A stretch of DNA of 63,290 nt, counting the filler, from Octopus bimaculoides (taxonomy: Eukaryota), in assembly GCF_001194135.2 (NCBI RefSeq). It is 7 parts of 7 records of this genome, joined end to end, with 100 filler letters (N's around TTAATTAATTAA, not from the genome) between each part and the next. Parts side by side here need not be neighbours in the genome. Positions count along the whole stretch, not along the records: positions 39,428 to 47,107 come from NC_068984.1; positions 47,208 to 54,653 come from NW_026324185.1; 5 more parts are not named here. One strand, 5' to 3'. Position 1 is the stretch's first letter. Every line of letters begins with the position of its first letter. The notes beneath the pieces were generated by a model, which did no database searches, was not told where the DNA came from, and saw only the letters and a list, made by a program, of their open reading frames with translations. This document shows positions 41,188-53,542 of this stretch, in pieces. Made by a program: the position numbers and the translations under genes.

Positions 41188-41846
41188 GTGCTTAACCCTA
41201 ATGGCACATTAGAGCGTATACCATACTAGTGGCACATATTAGATAAGATACGTATTAGAGCATACACCTTCAGACCAAGTTGAACTCTGTTTTAAGGAAC
41301 TTTTGGCTAGACAGTAATTTTTGGGGACATGCCCATAGGTTCGGATACAAACGGGTTAGTTTCCAGTCATAATCCTTCACCAAGAAGCGCTCCACCGTCT
41401 CGAAAAGAACTGAAGCATGTGAAGTATTGAAATTTCAAAGTCCACGTGATAGTACTAGTGGTACTGCGACAAATGATAGTAGCACTAACAAAAGAGAAGC
41501 GTTAAGGAACGCAACAACAGCACCTGCGATGGTAACAAAGAAAGGAGCAGAGGTGCTTTAACCACTGAAAGTTCAAAGTTCAAACAATTGCATGACTGCT
41601 ATAACAGTAAACAGTAATAGCAGTAAAAACAACAACAGTAATAATAGCATCATCAACAGCGGCAGCGGTAGCTGCAAAGGCACGATAGGGGGGGGGAACA
41701 GCAGCAGGAGTCACAGTGAAACCAAACAAAAATATTACTTTTGCTAAGATTACAAAAGTTTTCCACTCTGTTTCCCTCGACAAAAAATATGAACATTAAA
41801 AAAACGTAGAGAAACATATTACAGACGAAAACAGAAGAATGTTACG

Positions 41847-41922
<76 letters not shown>

Positions 41923-42241
41923 GTCTGCCTGTCTGTCTGTCTATCTATCTATCTAAGGTCTAGAGACAAAGACTTTCCTCTCTGGGCAATCTCTCATCAA
42001 CTTCTTCAAGTATCACCTGAAGAGGAAGTTGAGAGTAGAAAGGGAAGTCTTGTCTAGTGAATGCTNNNNNNNNNNNNNNNNNNNNNNNNNNNNNNNNNNN
42101 NNNNNNNNNNNNNNNNNNNNNNNNNNNNNNNNNNNNNNNNNNNNNNNNNNNNNNNNNNNNNNNNNNNNNNNNNNNNNNNNNNNNNNNNNNNNNNNNNNNN
42201 NNNNNNNNNNNNNNNNNNNNNNNNNNNNNNNNNNNNNNNNN

Positions 42242-42363
<122 letters not shown>

Positions 42364-45300
42364 CATCCATCCATCCATCCATCTAATTCGAAAACTACAG
42401 ATCTAATCCATCCCTGGAACTGTAAAAATCCATAAAACTTTCCAGAAGTTTATCATTTAAATATATATGAACATGTCGAGATATGCAACTACGTGCATGA
42501 GAAAACATCCATAAAATACCGGTTCTTTCTCTATTGGCAAGAAATCTTGAAATAATCAGAATAATGACATACATACATCTTGCGAACTTAGGCTTCAACG
42601 TACAGTTGTGGAAATTAGCTGCCCAGCAGATGTTAACATGAAGCTGAAGATCAGTAAAAAAGAGAATACCTATGCTGAACTATAGAGAAATCTGAAATTC
42701 CTCTATCCAAATCAGAAGTTAAGGTTTGTATCTGTAATTATTGGGGCCCTGTGGTATGTAACACATTGCCTAAATACCAACCTCGAGAAATTAGGCTTCT
42801 CAAAACCAGAAAGGAGAAAGCTGATTTGAAGAATACATATCCAAGGCATGTAAAAATCTGTAAAACTTGCCAGTTTATCATTTAAGCATATATAAGAATG
42901 TCTATATATGCAAGTATATGTATGAGAAGTCATACATAAAACGAAGCATACAAATCTTCACCTATACAAACATACATACATACATACATATATACATGCA
43001 AAAATACTCTGTTGTTGATGTTGAAATTCCAATGGAAGAGACTTGAATCTAGGTTAGCAACCGGTTCTTTCCCTATTAGCAAGCAATCTTGAAATAAAAC
43101 TGAACAATGACATACATACATACATACATACTTACATACATACATACATATAGGATCTACGTTGAAACTGCCAGTTGAAAAACGAACTCTCGTCTATTCA
43201 AAAGCCAACCTGCATCATTTACCAATTATGTCAGTAACAATGTCTCTGTCCTTAATATAATAAACCCTGTTAAAATAGGGTTCCCAAGTCGTCGTTATGC
43301 TTTTTAGTTATTCCTTTCCCCTAATGCAATAATTTTGTAACAAAAATCCTTTACATGTGTCATTTGATACGAAACATATGCTTTCCAATAAACATATGCT
43401 GTCTTACAAGCCTTTAGCTTTTATGCTGTTCCTTTCTATTCTGAAGAATGTTAAGCAGAGACTAGGGAAGGTTTCAGTACTACAACAAAATTTACATGGT
43501 CGATTAGGCTTAAAATAGCAAATATTCTAAAACCAATTTTTGTTTTCTAGCATTCCAGAAGTATTACATAACACTTTATTATAAATATACTTAAACGAAA
43601 TAAAGACCAATTCCAAGTGCAGCACAATAAATGTGTCGTGGTTCTTTGAATTACGATCATATATTTTTCTTCGAAAAAAAATGAATGCGAAACTAATAAA
43701 AACTGGATACAGCATGACGATCAGAAATGTTGATTTTAGTGCATACATAAATACGTAAACACACACACACGCGTACACACACACACGCGTACACACACAC
43801 ACGCACGCAAACACACACACACACATTTATATCCATCCATCCATCCATCCATCCATCCATCCATCCATTCATTCATTCATATATATATATATNNNNNNNN
43901 NNNNNNNNNNNNNNNNNNNNNNNNNNNNNNNNNNNNNNNNNNNNNNNNNNNNNNNNNNNNNNNNNNNNNNNNNNNNNNNNNNNNNNNNNNNNNNNNNNNN
44001 NNNNNNNNNNNNNNNNNNNNNNNNNNNNNNNNNNNNNNNNNNNNNNNNNNNNNNNNNNNNNNNNNNNNNNNNNNNNNNNNNNNNNNNNNNNNNNNNNNNN
44101 NNNNNNNNNNNNNNNNNNNNNNNNNNNNNNNNNNNNNNNNNNNNNNNNNNNNNNNNNNNNNNNNNNNNNNNNNNNNNNNNNNNNNNNNNNNNNNNNNNNN
44201 NTATGTATATATATATGTATATTTATATATATGTATACATACATATATATATATGTATATGCGTGTGTGCATGTGTGCATGTGTGTGTGAGTATGTCCAT
44301 GTGCGTGTGTTTGCGCGCGCGCGCGCGTGTGTGCATGTGTGTGTGTGTCTGCGTGTATTTGTGCGTGTGTGTATGTATGTATCCACGAAAGACAAATTTT
44401 GTTATGGAATTCATTTATCAATTACTACTTTAATATTTGTTTATGAATATCTATATTATCGGAGTAATATATTTAGTTAAGCCCTGGCCAAACATGGGAT
44501 ATTTGCTGCGTGATTTTTATCATTTGTTTCAATCGCATTACCCCACATATATGCACACACACACACTCTCTATCTCTCTCTCTCTCACGTGCACTCACTC
44601 GCTCACACATGCGCACGCACGAACAACCGGCCATGAATTAAAATATATTAGATTTTGAATTCTGAAATTAAGTTCTCCTTTGCTTCAATTCCTTTTATGC
44701 ACATATCTCTCATATGTGCATATGTGCATATGCATATNNNNNNNNNNNNNNNNNNNNNNNNNNNNNNNNNNNNNNNNNNNNNNNNNNNNNNNNNNNNNNN
44801 NNNNNNNNNNNNNNNNNNNNNNNNNNNNNNNNNNNNNNNNNNNNNNNNNNNNNNNNNNNNNNNNNNNNNNNNNNNNNNNNNNNNNNNNNNNNNNNNNNNN
44901 NNNNNTATATATATATATATATATTATGTATCTATGTATACGCTTGTACATATATGAACTGAAGTGACTGTGAATTTGCGTGTGTATATCTGTGTGTGGA
45001 CATATTTGTAAGTATGTATGTATATATGTATGTAAGTATGTGTGTGTGTATGTATAGATATGTGTGCGTGCGTCTGTGTGTGTGTGTGTGTATACATGCA
45101 CACATACATACACATTTATATGAATACATATATTTATACATACATATAATTATGCATACATACATAGATATATACAGACAAACACACATCCCTTTGCATA
45201 TACACCATATGTGTGTGTATACATACATACACACATATATTTATACATACATACTTGCATTTATACATATATATAATTATGCATATATACATACATATAT

Positions 45301-46412
45301 ACATACAAACACACATCCCTTTGCATATACTCATATACAAACACGAGAAGGAGAAACACTTGCCAAATGGAGGGCTCTTGCTTAACAAAGCGAGCACTTC
45401 GGAGAATTTTTGGAGACGAACCAAAATCTTCAGTGCAAGAACCCCAAAGAAATTGGCAGCAACAGAATAGACAACGTTATATTGGCCAACTGGTCATCTG
45501 TCTTTAGTAATAGTACTGATCAACAACGGCAATTATCTGACCTGTTAGAATCTACCCAGTGAAGAAATTAGTATGAAGGCGATGGTGGTGGGTGTGGTCA
45601 GTGGAGTTCTGGAACGCGCTGCGAGGATTACAGGAAGAAGGGAATTAGATTTTGAAGAATAGAGATTATGTATGGGTGTGTTTGCGTACGCGCCTTTGTG
45701 TGAATATATGTATGTATGTATGTATGAATGAATGTACATATGTATTTGGGTGTGTGTGTGCATGCATATAACTCTGTGTATGTGTGTGATAGGAAGGGGA
45801 ATTAGATGCGTTTTGCTGATATTCCTCTTCTACAAACACCCACATACATAGGCATATATATATATATATATANNNNNNNNNNNNNNNNNNNNNNNNNNNN
45901 NNNNNNNNNNNNNNNNNNNNNNNNNNNNNNNNNNNNNNNNNNNNNNNNNNNNNNNNNNNNNNNNNNNNNNNNNNNNNNNNNNNNNNNNNNNNNNNNNNNN
46001 NNNNNNNNNNNNNNNNNNNNNNNNNNNNNNNNNNNNNNNNNNNNNNNNNNNNNNNNNNNNNNNNNNNNNNNNNNNNNNNNNNNNNNNNNNNNNNNNNNNN
46101 NNNNNNNNNNNNNNNNNNNNNNNNNNNNNNNNNNNNNNNNNNNNNNNNNNNNNNNNNNNNNNNNNNNNNNNNNNNNNNNNNNNNNNNNNNNNNNNNNNNN
46201 NNNNNNNNNNNNNNNNNNNNNNNNNNNNNNNNNNNNNNNNNNNNNNNNNNNNNNNNNNNNNNNNNNNNNNNNNNNNNNNNNNNNNNNNNNNNNNNNNNNN
46301 NNNNNNNNNNNNNNNNNNNNNNNNNNNNNNNNNNNNNNNNNNNNNNNNNNNNNNNNNNNNNNNNNNNTATATATATATATTCATACATACATATACATAC
46401 ATACATGCATAT

Positions 46413-46448
<36 letters not shown>

Positions 46449-46450
46449 TA

Positions 46451-46720
46451 GACAGAATGAGATAACAAAGCCAAGGCTGTGAGGAGTTTTCAGGACATTT
46501 ATAATGAGATAGTCTTACAGCTGTTTCTGGGATATTATGGATATCCCTTCATCAGAGACGGTGTGAGAAAATATTTGAGTTCTGTCATAATAATTCGAAC
46601 TCAAATATTTTCTCACACCGTCCCTGATGAAGGGATATCCATAACATCCCAGAAACAGCTGTAAGACTATCTCATTACAAATGTCAAGATAACTCCTCAT
46701 ACCCTTGGCTTTATTCTGTC
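46451..46720. mobile_element. Palindromic MITE-like element (~130-bp arms, 14-nt loop, possible TTA TSD)
   Basis: TTA|GACAGAAT...ATTCTGTC|TTA. The inner 88 bp has three mismatches. This explains the mirrored ORFs 46479-46664(+) and 46515-46700(-). Confidence 0.8.
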
Positions 46721-47920
46721 TTATATATATATATGCATGCTAATACTAGACCCACAATAGACTCCTCACTCGTATCAATATCGAACCAAGAGTCTGACTA
46801 CGGTCTGTCCATAGCACTTACTTAGCATTACCCGACACTCTTTGGGTCTTCTAGATACCAAAACCTCAGCACACAGAACTACACGCACATACACACGCGC
46901 ACACACATGCACACACACGGACCTACGCGCACGCACATACCCATACATACACATACATACATCCTCTTGCACTCTCCTGTCTTTTGAAAGAACTTTTTCT
47001 TCACCCATTCCCTTTGGACAAACCGCTATTTTACAGGGATGTAAACAAACCGATACCGGTTTCTAAGCAGTGATAGGGAACACACGAGCACAAACACTTC
47101 CTCTATGNNNNNNNNNNNNNNNNNNNNNNNNNNNNNNNNNNNNNNNNNNNNTTAATTAATTAANNNNNNNNNNNNNNNNNNNNNNNNNNNNNNNNNNNNN
47201 NNNNNNNAAAATTTGAAGAAAAGCAACAAAAATTCAATAGTTTATAGCAGTACGTACATATATATATATATATATATATAAGAGGAGGAGGAGAAAGAGA
47301 GAGATTTATGATGGAGGGCAAGGATATTGGGTTGCAATAAAACAAAAACTAAACGAGCGCATGAACACAGAAAAATTGCACGAAATAAACAAATGGAATA
47401 CGATTTCAAAAGCGTGAGATAATATAACGAGAAAAATAAGGAAGAAGCCAATCAATACAAACTTGGAGCAGTAATTTAATAAATTACTTGATTTAATAAA
47501 ATAAAACGAAAAGGATCTTTTGTAATGTGTTCCCACCCCTCGTTCATGCTTAACGAAAATCTATGTGTAACTAATGAAACGCTGTTCTGGTTTAAGAATT
47601 CCAATCACCCTTTTTGTGTCGTTAGAAAGATAAATTCACATAACAGAAAGATTAAAAGAAAACCTCGCAAAAGTAAAAAAAAAAAATGGATCGTATAAGG
47701 ATAAAATACGAAGCTCAGAAGGAATTGGTAGATCGATGAAAGAACAAGAATACATCAGACATCTCCAAAATAATAATGGTTCCATATTTTGATATATGCC
47801 CGGCAATTTCGGCGGAGGGTGTAAGTCGATTTCATCGACCCCAATGTTTACTTGGCACTCCCTTCGGTGGAAGGGACCTCGAAATTAGAAATTAGAAATT
47901 TCGAAGAATGTCTGCATTAT

Positions 47921-48340
47921 TATTCAGATTTTTAATTTAAAGCCTATCCCAAAACAGAATAAGCGAGATTTCACTTAACAAACACGGGGGGGTGAAATGG
48001 AATGGTACTGGAACTCATGTCTATATGATGTTGCTCTTTCTTTGAAGGAAGATGGATCTGCTGCCTACAGTTACAATACATGTTTTCATAAACGTATGGA
48101 GGATCTTTGGGAGGGGTATTTAAAAGAACTTTTGTGCGGGTAAAACCTTGTCTAAAAAACTCTTTTCGTCGCTCTAGCGTAAATTCCGTACATCGAGCTA
48201 TTGCCAATTTTGTCTTTAGCACTATATACTACTCCTTTCATCAAGTACTTTCCATTAAGGGAGCAGTTGCTAAGGTCTATGACACTATATTCAATTATCT
48301 TCATTTTCATTGGCTTCAGCAAGTTTTTTCACATTATGCT
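47921..48340 (-). mobile_element. Penelope-like GIY-YIG endonuclease remnant
   Basis: The minus strand reads NCSLNGKYLMKGVVYSA...GIY, then after a frameshift TRFYPHKSSFKYP...RL*KHV and KERATSY...FKLKSE. Confidence 0.7.
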
Positions 48341-49860
48341 GATTAATGAAGAAGTTCTTACAAAAATAGCTGTGTATGCTCCAACTATGTGCTCTACTGA
48401 TGACGAAAAAGTTTCTTTCTACCATGCTTTGAAGGGCATTATAAGAAACATCCCTAGGGCAGACAAAGTCATCGTACTGGGGGACTTTAATGCTAGAGTG
48501 GGGAGGGATTTTAACACATGGACAGTAATTGGAAAGCATGGGGTGGGAAAGTGTAATAGTAATGGCATGCTTCTGCTGCAGACGTGCGAGGAGCTGCGTC
48601 TGTGTGTTACCAAGACCATGCTTCAGCAAAAGAATAAGTTTAAGACCACATGGATGCACCCTGCATCTAAAGAATGGCATATTCTGGATTACATCCTTGT
48701 TAGGGTACATGACAGACGAGATGTGCAGTGTGTTTGTGTTCTTTGTGGGGATGAGTGTTGGACTGACCACCGCCTGGTAGGTGCAAAAGTCAAATTAATC
48801 ACAAAACGCAAAATCCGGGCTGCAGGTATTACCCTGCCTAAAAAACTGAATGTTGCTCGTCTTAGGTGTAATGGCGTGAAGAGAACTTTACGAGACGAAA
48901 TGAATGTTGCAGATTTTGGGGAAGATTGGTCTACCCTCAAAAAGTCAGTTTATGATATAGGCAGGAAAGTTCTGGGATTGATACAAAGAAAGCATCAAGA
49001 TTGGTTTAAAGAAAATGATGAACATATAGATGATTTATTGACTGACAACAGACGTATTATGTCAGCAAAGCCACAGGAGAGAGATGTGTTTCATAGGGAA
49101 CTCAAAGATGTCAAATCACGTGTGAGGTGGAGGCTCTCTCAGATGAGGGATACGTGGAGTAAGATGGGGGATACGTGGAGATACAGGTGGTGTCGGATTC
49201 CAATAACACAAAGCTGTTGTATGGTTTCTTGCGAGAAGCTTATGGACCCACTTTTCTGATGACACCATTTCGAAGCAGGGATGGTAAAGAACTTTGTGAT
49301 TCACAAGGAATTCTGCGAAGCTAGCGAGAACACTATGATGAACTTTTGAATCAGCAGTCTGTAGTTAGTAAGGACGTTCTCAATCTCATCCCTGAATTAC
49401 TCCTGAAGACGGCTCTCGCGGAACCACCAATGCTGGAAGAAGTTGCGGTGTCTGTCTCAAGGATGAATAATGGGAGGTCTCCGGGTATGGATGGTATACA
49501 TACGGAGTTGTTACAGCATGGCGGTGAGAAACTTCTGCAGGAATTTCATTCCTTGTTTGGCAGGATATGGGATAGTGAATTTGTACCTGAGGACTGGAGA
49601 GATACAGTAATGGGAAAGAGCAACAAGAATGATTGTGGTAATTATAGAGGAATATCATTGCTTTCTGTCGTAGGAAAGGTTTTATGCAGGGTACTTCTGG
49701 CTCGTCTGCTGAAATACCTTGCAGATTGTGTTCTTCCAGAACACAATCTGGCTTTCGTGTGGGACGCGGCACTGCTGATGTGATCTTCTCAGCTACACAG
49801 TTTCATGAGAAGTGTATGGAACAGGGTCTGGATTTATAGCAAGTTTTTGTTGATCTCATA
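48340..49860 (+). mobile_element. RTE (BovB-like) LINE segment: APE endonuclease and N-terminal RT, truncated at both ends
   Basis: AVYAPT, VLGDFNARVG, ILDYILV and TDHRLV (ORF 48201-49259); SPGMDGI..ELL and NYRGISLLSVVGKVL (ORF 49346-49783). It ends at VFVDL. Confidence 0.93.
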
Positions 49861-50271
49861 CGCACACATTTGTTTTAGGTTTTGTACCCATTTGAACTGG
49901 TAAGTGGTAAGTCTTATGTTTTGAAATTTAAATTCTGAATTTGTATTAATTATAAAATTACACCTCGGCTAAAAGCATATCTTTTGGCTTTTGGAAAACA
50001 GAACCTTTTCTTTCTCTTTCTATATTTTTTGCTAAGTCAGAATTTCTCTGTTTTGTTCAGGATTTTCCAATTTCCTGTATCAAGCAATGGACGGAAATAT
50101 TTTTTTTTAAATTAGTTTTATAGAATCAAACAAAATCAAAAATATTAATTTTTAATCGTAATGATGGAGAGGAGTCACATGGTACAACCTTAAAGTTGAC
50201 ACCGTTCACTACGACGAAAGTCTATTATTGGTTTAAAGTAGACAGTTTTTCGATTTTTAAACATCTGTAAT

Positions 50272-50358
50272 TTTGGAGTAAAGATTGTTTGCCAACATTA
50301 CATGGCAGTCCTGGTTTAGGACTGCCATGTTATGTTGGCAAACAATCTTTACTCCAAA
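50272..50358. repeat. 41-bp stem, 5-nt loop hairpin with one mismatch
   Basis: TTTGGAGTAAAGATTGTTTGCCAACATTACATGGCAGTCCT-GGTTT-AGGACTGCCATGTTATGTTGGCAAACAATCTTTACTCCAAA. Confidence 0.95.
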
Positions 50359-50399
50359 GGACTGTTGCTGAATATCTCTCGTTGTGAGATTTACTACAA

Positions 50400-50861
50400 A
50401 TCTGTAACTTTTTCGTCACATACCATCCTCCACAATTTGCTACTCATCTGAAGTACATATGTATTTCAACAATTTCTTTCAAATACACTCTCTTTCTTGA
50501 GCATTTAAAAACCCTCTTCCCGGGTGACAATAACTTATGTCAGATTGTTGCGAAAGTTCTGGGCGTTTTGCGAAGGGAAATCGGAAAGGTTTGAAACGAT
50601 TTCATCGGCATTTACTTGTACCAAAGAGCATTCTTTCGATAGACAACATGCTGGTCTCATTAGTGTCGCGTGGTGGAAATAAACGCAATTACCAAATTTT
50701 CATTCATAAGACCATATGAAGTCCTTTATTTTTTAATCATTATTTGATGATATCAAAATATGTAGTATATTGAAAAATAAAAAAAATTTTGTAGGGGAGG
50801 GCCATTTGTGACTTCAAGGGTCAAAAAGGGGCGTTTGGCCAAAATAGGTTGAGAACCTTTG
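50400..50861 (-). mobile_element. Possible hAT (Charlie-like) relic
   Basis: Terminal CAAAGGTTCTCAACC (reverse complement of 50847-50861) resembles Charlie-type TIRs. Only faint transposase-like residues are visible. Confidence 0.4.
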
Positions 50862-51544
50862 ATCTACAGTAAAAACGGAAGATTTATGAGGGGAACAGGA
50901 AAATATATAAAGCGATAATGCAAGGGCGGTAACGATACCAGTATTTTGTTTTCGTACATAAAAGGACTTTCCGGTATACGACAGACATCCTAATCTCTCT
51001 CTATCGTTTCTTTCTTTTTTTTTTTTCTTTTTTTTTTTTGACATATATAAGCATCACGCTGCTAGCAGCGTTTATAGTTTTCGCAAAAGAACTGAAACAT
51101 CTGCTAAGAAAGAAACTAAGATAAACAGATTCATAGAATTTGCCTATTGTATTGTACAAAACTACATTAACTGTATAGACACACACACACACACATATAT
51201 ATATAAAGAGAGAGAGAGAGACAGAGACATCGACGGGCATCATTCTTTGGAAAATATATTATAAAAGGCGCGATGAAAATCAATGCAAATTGTGAACAGC
51301 AGAAAAATAACTTTAATGGTGGAAGTACCAAATGGTATTTAGACAGATTGTTTTCGGAAAATAAAAGCAAACCTAAATACATACGAGAGAAGAATTGCAC
51401 TTGTTTGTTTTCGTTCTTTCTTTCTTTTTTTCTCTTGTTTTTTTTCTTTTCTTTCTATTTTGTTTTTCTTTTTGTTGAAATTGGCGGCATTGTTAGAGCG
51501 TCGGATGAAATGTCTTGCGGGTTTTTCTTCTGTCAATTTATGTT

Positions 51545-51776
51545 CTTATTTCTTTATTGCCCACAAGGGATTAAACATAGTGGGAACAAACAAGGACAGA
51601 CGAACGGATTAAGTCGATTACATCGACCCAGTGCGTAACTGGTACTTAATTTATCGACCCCGAAAGGATGAAAGGCAAAGTCGACCTCAGCGGAATTTGA
51701 ACTCAGAACGTAAAGGCAGACGAAATACCGCTAAGTATTTCGCCCGGCATGCTAACGTTTCTGCCAGCTCGCCGCC
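51545..51776 (-). mobile_element. Young full-length SINE B, tail type 2
   Basis: Head GGCGGCGAGCTGGCAGAAACGTTAGC and B box GAGTTCAAATTCC, with CpGs retained. Confidence 0.93.
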
Positions 51777-51780
51777 TTAT

Positions 51781-51935
51781 CTTCTGTCAATTTATGTTCT
51801 GACTTCGAATTCCCGCTGAGGTTGATTTTGTCTGTCATCCTTAAGGGGCAATAAAATAAGGATCAGTTCAACACTAGGGTAAATATAATCTACTTAACCC
51901 CTCCCCAGAAATTGATGGCCTTGTGCCAAAATTTA
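51781..51935 (+). mobile_element. Degenerate SINE B, tail type 1, head-to-head with the previous copy
   Basis: GACTTCGAATTCCCGCTGAGG...CCCCTCCCCAGAAATTGATGGCCTTGTGCC, then (TAT/TGT)n. Confidence 0.75.
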
Positions 51936-51967
51936 AAATCGTTATTATTGTTGTTGTTGTTGTTGTT

Positions 51968-52384
51968 GAGAGGGCAGCGCGTGCCATCAAAGTGACATTG
52001 GGGTACAAATGTACAAAGCCCAATATACCTGTCATGACTACCCGCCCGATAAGGGTACACCAGACACATGCATCACAACCATACGTGCGTGACATGGTGA
52101 TCTTATGTCAGGATAAACAGTGCGTGACCTTGCAGGTGGGGGCCCAGTTAGAATTTTATTCAGGTCAAGTAGCCCATCCCGCTCAAAAGGTCGCTAAATA
52201 AAGAACACCCATATTTCTAGAGAGAAATCATCCAAACCCAAAAGAATTCCTCTCGGCATATGGCTTTGATACTTGCCCACTCCTTCTGCTAATGATCAGA
52301 GATGCACATATGGTCAGCCACCAAGGGACTGGTTAAGGTCAAACAACTGACAAGCGAGTCTGTGATATTGAGCAGAATATTTCC
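51968..52384 (-). mobile_element. Element F copy 1 (~420 bp, no tRNA head, (AAC/AAT)n tail on the minus strand)
   Basis: Collinear with 52663-53114 over its whole length. Orientation is inferred from the tail. Confidence 0.8.
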
Positions 52385-52437
52385 TTTAGCCTATCTATTA
52401 CACCAAGACAAAACAATGTACATGATAACACTTCTAA

Positions 52438-52626
52438 TCAACAAACCGGACGAGATGTTAGGCGGCATTTCGTCCGTCTTCACATTGTGAGTTAAATTCC
52501 GCTGAGGTCGACATTGCCTTTCTTCTTTTCAGAATCGATAAAATAAGTACCAGCTGAATACTGGAGTCGATGTAATCGACTATCACCCTTCCTCAAATTT
52601 CAGGCTTTGTGACTATAGAAGAAAGA

Positions 52627-52662
<36 letters not shown>
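52438..52662 (+). mobile_element. SINE B, tail type 1, with (ATT)n tail
   Basis: GGCATTTCGTCCG...GAGGTCGACATTGCCTTTC...AAATTTCAGGCTTTGTGACTATAGAAGAAAGA(ATT)n. Confidence 0.83.
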
Positions 52663-53114
52663 GAGTGAGAGAGCAGCGCATGCCATCAAAGTGACACTGG
52701 GGTAAAATATCCGAAGCCCATTATACCCATCATGACTACCCGTCTGATAAGGGTACACCAGGCACATGCATCCCAACCATATGTGCGCGACATGGTGATC
52801 TCATATCAAGATAAACAGCGCATGACCTTGCAGGTGGGACCCAGTCAGAATTTTATTCACGTCGAGTACCCGTCCCGCTCAAAAGGTCCCTGAATAAGGG
52901 TTATTTAAGGATGTTGAACAAAGCGTCCATGTTTCCAAAGGTGAATTATTCAAACCCCAAAGAATTCCTCTCAACACATGGCTATGATGCTCCCCCACTA
53001 CTTCTGCTCATGATCAGAGATGCACATATCGTCATCCACCAAGGGACATGCTCAACTGGTTATGGTCAAGCTACTGACAAGCAAATCTGTGGTATTAAGC
53101 AGAATATTTGCTGT
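52663..53114 (-). mobile_element. Element F copy 2, flanked on both sides by (TAT)n
   Basis: Arrays at 52627-52662 and 53116-53163. Its boundaries match those of copy 1. Confidence 0.82.
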
Positions 53115-53115
53115 A

Positions 53116-53163
<48 letters not shown>

Positions 53164-53166
<3 letters not shown>

Positions 53167-53250
53167 TAGTTTTATTTTTATAACGTGCTTTCACTTCACT
53201 ACCGAGCGCAGCTCTGTGTGCCTGGGGTATGTGCTGTGGTTTGCTGTGAC
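53164..53250 (-). mobile_element. Probable 3' UTR tip of a (TAA)n-tailed retroelement (R4/Dong-like)
   Basis: The minus strand ends GCACGTTATAAAAATAAAACTACTG(AAT)n. The family assignment is from recall and inference only. Confidence 0.45.
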
Positions 53251-53252
53251 GC

Positions 53253-53324
53253 TCTTCTACTATAGCCTCGGGCCTACCAAAGCCTTGTGAGTGGATTTGG
53301 TAGACGGAAACTGAAAGAAGCCCG

Positions 53325-53361
<37 letters not shown>

Positions 53362-53542
53362 CCAACGTCGCTTGACAACCGATGCTGGTGTGTTTATGTC
53401 CCCGTCACTCAGCGGTTCGGCAAAAGAGGCCGATAGAATAAGTACTAGGCTTACAAAGAATAAGTCCCGGGGTCGATATGCTCGACTAAAAGGCGATGCT
53501 CCAGCATGGCCGCAGTCAAATGACTGAAACAAGTAAAAGAGT
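53253..53542 (+). mobile_element. Headless SINE A with internal (TG)n
   Basis: CTTCTACTATAGCCTCGGG...AAGCCCGTCG(TG)n...GCTCCAGCATGGCCGCAGTCAAATGACTGAAACAAGTAAAAGAG. Confidence 0.92.

Noticed and set aside
45340-45620. Second Penelope GIY-YIG remnant on the plus strand (CQMEGSCLTK...RYIG)
   Set aside because: The resemblance is suggestive but too decayed to support without a profile search.
46479-46700. Two near-identical 61-aa ORFs on opposite strands
   Set aside because: They are a by-product of the DNA palindrome.
48201-49259. 352-aa ORF as a host endonuclease gene
   Set aside because: It is the RTE APE domain with an N-terminus from antisense Penelope DNA, and it continues by frameshift into RT.
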